DNA from: an uncultured Chloroflexia bacterium
Lineage (GTDB): Bacteria > Chloroflexota > Limnocylindria > Limnocylindrales > CSP1-4
DNA: 64,000 bases
Direction: 5' to 3'
Assembly (NCBI GenBank): GCA_963748625.1
Contig: CAVVJT010000004.1
Location: 512,001 to 576,000, forward strand
The notes beneath the pieces were generated by a model that worked only from the letters and a program-made list of their open reading frames with translations, searched no databases and had not been told where the DNA came from. The translations under genes and the position numbers were made by a program. This document shows, piece by piece, positions 58,200 to 64,000 of this stretch (positions are counted from its first letter, which is position 1; every line of letters starts with the position of its first letter).

Positions 58200-58266
58200 G
58201 ACTTCGATCCGCCCGACCACCATGTGGTCCGTCCTGCCGCCGGAGAGCGGCCGAGCGCGCCAGTGA
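58198..58266 (+). CDS. Putative leaderless upstream ORF (22 aa) coupled to argC
   Basis: GTG 6 nt after TATAGT. MTSIRPTTMWSVLPPESGRARQ. The TGA overlaps the argC GTG (GTGA). Confidence 0.5.
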   Translation: MTSIRPTTMWSVLPPESGRARQ

Positions 58267-59378
58267 GCGCGGGAACGGACACCACGGCGGTCGCGGCGGA
58301 CCGGGGCGCCCGTGCCCTCGTCGGCGGCGGGAAGGTCAAGGTCGCCATCGTCGGGGCCACCGGCTATGTCGGTTCGGAGCTGATCCGGCTCCTGGCGCTC
58401 CACCCCCACGTCGAGATTCACGGTCTGGTCGGGCGCGAGCGCAAGGGCGACCCCATCGCGCACATCCACCCGCACCTCGCCACGCGCGATCTCGAGGTCT
58501 GGGACCACGTCCCCGACGACGCCGAGGCGGTGTTCCTGGCTCTCCCTCACGGTGCGGTCGCCGGCCGCGTGCAGGAGTTCCTCGACCGCGGGCAGACCAT
58601 CGTCGACCTGGGGCCGGACTTCCGCTTCCGCGATCCCGCCGACTACCCGGCCTGGTACCACTTCGACCACCCCCGGCCCGAGCTGCTCCCCGCCGCCGTC
58701 TACGGCCTGCCGGAGCTGCATCGCGAGGAGCTCAAAGCCCTGGGCACGAAGCCCAGCGCCATCATCGGCGCGCCCGGCTGCTACGCCACCACCACGATCC
58801 TCTCGCTCACCCCGCTCGCGCGCGCCGGCCTCATCGCCGACGTCGTCGTGGACGCGAAGAGCGGGGTCTCCGGCGCCGGTCGCGACCCCAAGGCGGACCT
58901 CCACTTCGGCGAGGTCAACGAGAGCGTCAAGGCGTACGGCGTGTTCACCCACCGCCACATCGGCGAGATCGAGCAAGAGCTGCGGGGCCAGGCGCCCGCC
59001 CCGGACGCCAATCCCGGCGCTACCGGCATCGACTTCCTGCCCCACCTGGTCCCGATGACCCGCGGGATCCTCGCCTCCTGCCACGTCCGCCCGACCCGGC
59101 CCGTGACCCAGGACGAGCTCGACGCGCTGTTCGAGCAGGCCTATGGCGACGAGGGCTTTGTCTCCATCGTCCAGCACCCGCCCGCCACCAAGCACGTCAT
59201 GGGCTCCAACGAGTTCCGGGTCTTCGCGAAGGTGGACGAGCGGACCGGCCGGATCCTTGTCCTGGGCGTGCTGGACAACCTGGTGAAGGGGGCCGCGGGC
59301 CAGGCGATCCAGGCCTTCAACCTCGTCCATGGCCTGCCGGAGTCCGCGGGCCTCCTGCAGCTGCCCCTCGCGCCCTGA
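58263..59378 (+). CDS. argC: N-acetyl-gamma-glutamyl-phosphate reductase
   Basis: IVGATGYVG, LALPHG, VYGLPE, PGCYATT, SGVSGAGR, HRH..EI, DNLVKGAAGQAIQ. Confidence 0.95.
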   Translation: MSAGTDTTAVAADRGARALVGGGKVKVAIVGATGYVGSELIRLLALHPHVEIHGLVGRERKGDPIAHIHPHLATRDLEVWDHVPDDAEAVFLALPHGAVAGRVQEFLDRGQTIVDLGPDFRFRDPADYPAWYHFDHPRPELLPAAVYGLPELHREELKALGTKPSAIIGAPGCYATTTILSLTPLARAGLIADVVVDAKSGVSGAGRDPKADLHFGEVNESVKAYGVFTHRHIGEIEQELRGQAPAPDANPGATGIDFLPHLVPMTRGILASCHVRPTRPVTQDELDALFEQAYGDEGFVSIVQHPPATKHVMGSNEFRVFAKVDERTGRILVLGVLDNLVKGAAGQAIQAFNLVHGLPESAGLLQLPLAP

Positions 59379-59436
59379 CCGCCCTGCCGCCCTGCCGACC
59401 GACTGACCGAACCCAGCCCCAGCCCAGAGGCCGCCC

Positions 59437-60807
59437 ATGACCCCTGCCGATCCCCTGCTCGCCTCCTTGCCGTCGGACCTCCCCGCCGTCGAGCGTGCCG
59501 CGCGCATCCCGACGGGCTTCGTGGCCGCCGGCGCCACGGCCGGCATCAAGGCATCGGGCAACCCGGATTTCGCGCTGGTCGCTACGTCCGGCGGGCCTGC
59601 CCCTGCATCGGCGGTGTTCACGCCCAATCGCGTGGCTGCGGCACCCGTCCGGCTCTCGCGCGCCAACCTTCAGGCGACGGGCGGCTCGCAGGCGGCGGCA
59701 GGCTACGTGAAGGCCGTGATCGCCACCTCCGGCTCGGCCAACGCCGCGACCGGCCCTGCGGGCGACGCCGACCAGACGCTCATCGGGGAGTCTGTGGCAG
59801 AGGCGATGGGCACCACCCCGGTCCACGTGCTCCACCTCTCGACCGGCGTCATCGGGACGCGCCTCCCGGTGGACAAGGTCACCGCCACGATCGCGCGGGT
59901 CGCCCCGCTGCTCGCGGCCACCGATGACGCCCTGGAGGCTGCCGCGGTCTCGCTACGCACCACCGACTCCACGACGAAGATGGCCACGGTCACCGTCGAC
60001 GCCCCGGCGACCGCCGGCGGCACCACCACGATCACGGTCACCGGCATCTGCAAGGGCGTCGGCATGATCCACCCGCGCATGGCCACGATGCTCTCGATCG
60101 TGCTGACCGACGCGACGGCCTCCCCCGCGACCTTGCGCGAGCTCCTCCGCGCAGCGGCCGCCACCACCTGGGACCAGCTCTCGGTGGACGGCGACACCAG
60201 CACGAACGACTCGGTGTTCCTGCTCGCATCGGGGGCTGCGGGCGCTGCCTCCGCCGACGACGACCCCGCCGCCCGCGCGGCACTCGCCCAGGCGCTCACG
60301 GCCGTCGCCCGGGACCTCGCCCGCCAGCAGGCGCGCGACGGCGAGGGCGCCACGAGCCTGGTCACCTGCCAGGTCAGCGGCGCCGCCGACGACGCCGACG
60401 CGAGGGCTGTGGCCCGCGCCGTGATCTCGAGCTCCCTCGTCAAGGCCGCCATCCACGGCCGCGACGCGAACTGGGGCCGGATCGCCGGGGCTGCCGGCAA
60501 CGCCGTCACCGCGGAGGCCGCCATCCTCGAGGCGGCCGGGCTCGAGCCGGCCGAGGCCCAGGCCCGCGCCTGCCAGCCTGCCCGGGTGGACCCGGCCACC
60601 ATGCGCATCGCCATCGCGGGGCTCCTCGCCTACGACGGCCCGGCCGGCGGTCCGTCCGGCATCGACAAGGTGGCTGCGCGCGCGGCCATGGACACCGACG
60701 ACGTGCGCATCCGCGTCGACCTCGGCATCGGGAGCGGCACGGGCGAGGCGTTCGGCTGTCCCCTCACCGAGGGCTACGTCAAGGAGAACTCGGAGTACAC
60801 CACGTGA
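59437..60807 (+). CDS. argJ: Ornithine acetyltransferase
   Basis: GIK, SGSANAATG, STGVIG, TTD, KGVGMIHPRMATML, DGDTSTND, DGEGAT, NWGRI, NSEYTT. Confidence 0.95.
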   Translation: MTPADPLLASLPSDLPAVERAARIPTGFVAAGATAGIKASGNPDFALVATSGGPAPASAVFTPNRVAAAPVRLSRANLQATGGSQAAAGYVKAVIATSGSANAATGPAGDADQTLIGESVAEAMGTTPVHVLHLSTGVIGTRLPVDKVTATIARVAPLLAATDDALEAAAVSLRTTDSTTKMATVTVDAPATAGGTTTITVTGICKGVGMIHPRMATMLSIVLTDATASPATLRELLRAAAATTWDQLSVDGDTSTNDSVFLLASGAAGAASADDDPAARAALAQALTAVARDLARQQARDGEGATSLVTCQVSGAADDADARAVARAVISSSLVKAAIHGRDANWGRIAGAAGNAVTAEAAILEAAGLEPAEAQARACQPARVDPATMRIAIAGLLAYDGPAGGPSGIDKVAARAAMDTDDVRIRVDLGIGSGTGEAFGCPLTEGYVKENSEYTT

Positions 60808-61580
60808 GCGAGATCGTCGTCGTCAAGCTCGGCGGCACCACGCTCGCCGACCAGCAGCAGGTCCTCACCGAGGTCGCGAAGGTCGCGCGCAAGCGCCCGA
60901 TCGTGCTCGTCCACGGTGGCGGCAAGCGCATCTCCGAGTGGCTGGAGCGCATGGGCATCGAGACCCGCTTCGAGAACGGGCTGCGCATCACCGATCCGGC
61001 GGCGCTCGAGGTGGCAGCTGCGGTCCTGCGGGGCGTCGTCAACAGCGAGCTCGTGGCCGCCCTGCGCGATGCCGGCTGCGACGCCGTGGGCCTGTCCGGC
61101 GTGGACGGCGGCCTGCTCATCGGCCAGCGCGTCCCCGATGTCGGCCTCGTCGCCACCGTCACCGGGATCCGGCGCGACCTGCTCGACAGCCTCATGGTGG
61201 GCGGCCAGGTGCCCGTGGTGGCGCCACTCGCCCGCGACGAGGACGGTGTCGTCTGCAACGTCAACGCGGACGATGCCGCGGCGGGCATCGCGGCGGGCCT
61301 CGGCGCCCGCCAGCTGGTGCTCATGACCGACGTGGACGGCATCCGCGACGCCGCCGGCAACAAGCTCGACTCCATCACGCCCGAGCAGGCCGAGGCGCTG
61401 ATCTCCGACGGGATCATCCGCGGCGGCATGATCCCCAAGGTCAAGGCCGCCCTGTCGGCGCTGGCCTGGGAGGGCACCGAGGCCATCATCTCGGACGGCT
61501 CGGCCCCCGACGCCCTCGAGCGAAGCCTGTCCGACCCGACCTTCGGAACCCGTGTCTCGGCCACCGCGGCCGGGCGCTGA
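60804..61580 (+). CDS. argB: Acetylglutamate kinase
   Basis: VVKLGG, VHGGG, GLRITD, NVNADDAA, TDVDG, GGMIPK. Confidence 0.95.
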   Translation: MSEIVVVKLGGTTLADQQQVLTEVAKVARKRPIVLVHGGGKRISEWLERMGIETRFENGLRITDPAALEVAAAVLRGVVNSELVAALRDAGCDAVGLSGVDGGLLIGQRVPDVGLVATVTGIRRDLLDSLMVGGQVPVVAPLARDEDGVVCNVNADDAAAGIAAGLGARQLVLMTDVDGIRDAAGNKLDSITPEQAEALISDGIIRGGMIPKVKAALSALAWEGTEAIISDGSAPDALERSLSDPTFGTRVSATAAGR

Positions 61581-61590
61581 CGGAGCGGCC

Positions 61591-62092
61591 GTGGACGCCA
61601 CGAAGCGCGATCGCCACGCCGCCATCCGGCGCCTGGTGGTCGATCACCCGGTCGCCAGCCAGGGCGATCTCGTTGCCGAGCTCTCGGCGCTCGGCTTCAA
61701 GGCAACCCAGGCCACCGTCTCGCGCGACATTGCCGAGCTGGGTCTTGCGAAGGTGTCGCGCGGCGAGCGCAGCGTGTACGTCGTCCCCGAGGCGATCGTG
61801 GCGCCGCGGCAGCGCAACGACGAACGGCTCCGCCGGATCCTGTCCGATATCCCTGTGACGGTGGGCCGCAGCGGCCTCATCCTCGTCCTGACCGGCCAGC
61901 CCGGTACCGCCAACGTCATCGGCCAGGCCATCGACGAGGCCACCGTGCAGGAGCAGGTGGGCACCGTCGCCGGCGACAACACACTCATCGTCCTGTTCCC
62001 CGACGAGCCCGCCCTCCTGCGCTGGCTTGCCTGGTTCGAAATCGATCCGCGCGTCGGCCCAGCCGGCGCTCGCCATGGAGAGTCCTCGATGA
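61591..62092 (+). CDS. argR: Arginine repressor (as sequenced, reads in frame into argG; likely +1 A at 62039-62041)
   Basis: SQGDL, ATQATVSRDIAELG, PGTAN, GTVAGDNT. Deleting one A gives ...FESIRASAQPALAMESPR* ending in an ATGA overlap with argG. Confidence 0.88.
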
Positions 62093-63369
62093 ACAAGGTC
62101 GTCCTCGCGTATTCGGGCGGTCTGGACACGTCCGTCGCCATCCCCTGGCTCAAGGAGCAGTACGGCGCAGAGGTCGTCACGCTCACCGTGGACCTGGGCG
62201 GGGGCTCGCTCAAGGAGGGCGTGGAGGCGCGGGCGCTGTCGGCCGGCGCCTCGAAGGCGTACGTGGTGGACGCGCGCGAGACGTTCGTGAGCCGCTACAT
62301 CTGGCGCGCGCTCCAGGCGAACGTCCTCTACCAGGGCGTCTACCCGCTGGCCACCGCGCTCGCCCGCCCGCTGCTCGCCCAGCTGCTCGTGGAGCTCGCC
62401 CAGAAGGAGGGTGCGGACACGGTCGCCCACGGCTGTACCGGCAAGGGCAACGACCAGGTCCGCTTCGATGTCGCGGTGCACGCGCTGGACCCGGGACTCC
62501 AGGTGATCGCGCCGATGCGCGTCGGCATGGGGCTGACGCGCGCGCAGACCGTGGACTACGCGGAGGCTCGGGGCATCGAGATCCCGGTGACCAAGGCCGC
62601 GCCCTGGTCGATCGACGTCAACCTGTGGGGCCGCTCGTGCGAGACGGGCCCGCTGGAGGACCCGTGGGCGACCCCGCCCGCCGATGCCTACGCATGGACG
62701 GTGGCCCCGTCCGACGCGCCCGAGCCCGTGGAGATCACGGTCGGCTTCGAGGGCGGCGTTCCGGTATCGGTGGACGGCGAGCGCATGTCCGGCGCGACGC
62801 TGGTGGAGGCGCTGCACGAGCTGGGCGGCCGCCACGGCGTGGGCCGGATCGATCATGTCGAGGACCGCCTCATCGGCATCAAGAGCCGCGAGATCTACGA
62901 GGCGCCGGCCGCGATCATCCTGCACACCGCGCACAAGGCGCTCGAGAGCCTGGTCCTGTCCAAGGAGCAGCTGCGGTTCAACCGCGCCATCGCCGACGAG
63001 CTGGGCCAGATCATCTACGACGGCCTCTGGTTCAGCGCCCTCTCGCGTGACCTGCGGGCGTACGTCATGAGCTCACAGCGGGTGGTGTCGGGCGAGGTCC
63101 GGCTGCGCCTGGACCACGGGCAGGCCTACGTCACGGGGCGCCGCTCCCCGATGAGCCTCTACGACCGCAACCTCGCCACGTACGAGGAGGGTGACGCGTT
63201 CGACCATGCGGCGGCCGTCGGCTTCATCGAGATCTTCGGGCTGCCGCTCCGCGTGGAGGCGGCCCGCCATGGCGCCGTCGGCAAGCACCACGGTGCGGCC
63301 TGGTCGTGGACGGACCCGCTGCTTGCGGACCTGCCGACCTCGGTGTCGGGGAGCGACACGGCGTCCTGA
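62089..63369 (+). CDS. argG: Argininosuccinate synthase
   Basis: KVVLAYSGGLDTS, HGCTGKGNDQVRF, NLWGRSCE, KSREIYEAP. Has its own GGAG RBS before ATG 62089. Confidence 0.95.
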   Translation: MNKVVLAYSGGLDTSVAIPWLKEQYGAEVVTLTVDLGGGSLKEGVEARALSAGASKAYVVDARETFVSRYIWRALQANVLYQGVYPLATALARPLLAQLLVELAQKEGADTVAHGCTGKGNDQVRFDVAVHALDPGLQVIAPMRVGMGLTRAQTVDYAEARGIEIPVTKAAPWSIDVNLWGRSCETGPLEDPWATPPADAYAWTVAPSDAPEPVEITVGFEGGVPVSVDGERMSGATLVEALHELGGRHGVGRIDHVEDRLIGIKSREIYEAPAAIILHTAHKALESLVLSKEQLRFNRAIADELGQIIYDGLWFSALSRDLRAYVMSSQRVVSGEVRLRLDHGQAYVTGRRSPMSLYDRNLATYEEGDAFDHAAAVGFIEIFGLPLRVEAARHGAVGKHHGAAWSWTDPLLADLPTSVSGSDTAS

Positions 63370-63472
63370 ACCGGGTCGTAGCGCCCGGACCGGGGGTCGT
63401 CGCGCCGTCGTCGCGCCCGCGCCGCGCCGTGAAATCGATGACAGGGAACGGGCGATGCCGTAGGGTTGCCGG

Positions 63473-64000
63473 GTGACGACGTCGCAGGAGCCCGAGACCG
63501 AGCCACGGTCAACCCGCGCGCGCGGAACGGCCGCCAGTTCGCGTGCAACCGCCACCGCCTCGTCGCGCCAGCTCGACCGGCTCGCATTCCTCCACGAGTT
63601 CGCGCAGCTCGCCACCCAGGCGCGGGACTGGGACGAGCTGATGCGCACGGTCGTGGACCGCACGACGGCCGCCATGAAGGTGGAGGTCTGCTCGCTGTAC
63701 CTGCTCGATCGTGACGGGGTCCGCCTGACGCTCGCCGCCACCAATGGGCTGGATGTGAGCCAGGTCGGCAAGGTGAGCCTGGCCATGGGCGAGGGCCTGA
63801 CCGGTCGGGCCGCGGCCACGCGCACGCCGGTGGCCACCCGCGATGTCTCGTCCGACCCGCGCTTCTCCTGGGTCCGTGGGTTCGACATCCGCGACCTGCG
63901 GGCGATGCTCTCGATGCCGCTGGTCTGGAACGAGTCGGTCGTGGGGGTGCTCAACGTCCAGGCCACCGATGACCGGGAGTTCGCCCCTGAGGACCTCGAG
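63473..64000 (+). CDS. GAF domain-containing protein (truncated by the window edge; possible sensor kinase)
   Basis: Manual translation from GTG 63473: ...LDRLAFLHEFAQ...EVCSLYLLDRDG..LTLAATNGL...GEGLTGRAA...DPRF...MLSMPL...VVGVLNVQ. Confidence 0.85.
   Translation, partial: MTTSQEPETEPRSTRARGTAASSRATATASSRQLDRLAFLHEFAQLATQARDWDELMRTVVDRTTAAMKVEVCSLYLLDRDGVRLTLAATNGLDVSQVGKVSLAMGEGLTGRAAATRTPVATRDVSSDPRFSWVRGFDIRDLRAMLSMPLVWNESVVGVLNVQATDDREFAPEDLE

Noticed and set aside
1-64000. Prophage, IS element, integron, rRNA or tRNA genes
   Set aside because: I recognised no transposase, integrase, phage structural gene or RNA-gene signature anywhere in the window.

Overview
A very GC-rich bacterial chromosomal window of about 55 genes, mostly housekeeping and metabolic. 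Gene content and pervasive leaderless starts suggest Chloroflexota (Limnocylindria-like) or another actinobacteria-like monoderm; this is inference. It holds tdk, a class A PBP, a Moco oxidoreductase, DUF3090-SCO1664, an AGPS-like oxidase plus FGGY kinase, a TM0106-type nuclease-helicase, two PQQ sugar dehydrogenases, yceI/marR, an FTR1 iron permease, aceE, a partial F420 cluster (cofD, cofC, cofE with PPOX and LLM enzymes), an adenylate cyclase-AAA-TPR gene, trxB and argC-J-B-R-G with tandem ARG boxes. I found no rRNA, tRNA, CRISPR array, transposase or integrase. The most interesting signals are non-coding. (1) A 183-nt end-paired, multi-branched RNA (2310-2492) with GCAA/GCAA/CUUG tetraloops, its own promoter and DnaA-box-like sites over that promoter. 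(2) Two 158-bp degenerate-dyad elements 24 kb apart (33654-33811, 57978-58135) that align without gaps. (3) A leaderless 22-codon uORF coupled to argC. (4) A small Zn-ribbon gene with a long structured leader. Several +1 homopolymer indels and one in-frame TAG look like long-read errors, and one of them creates an apparent ArgR-ArgG fusion.
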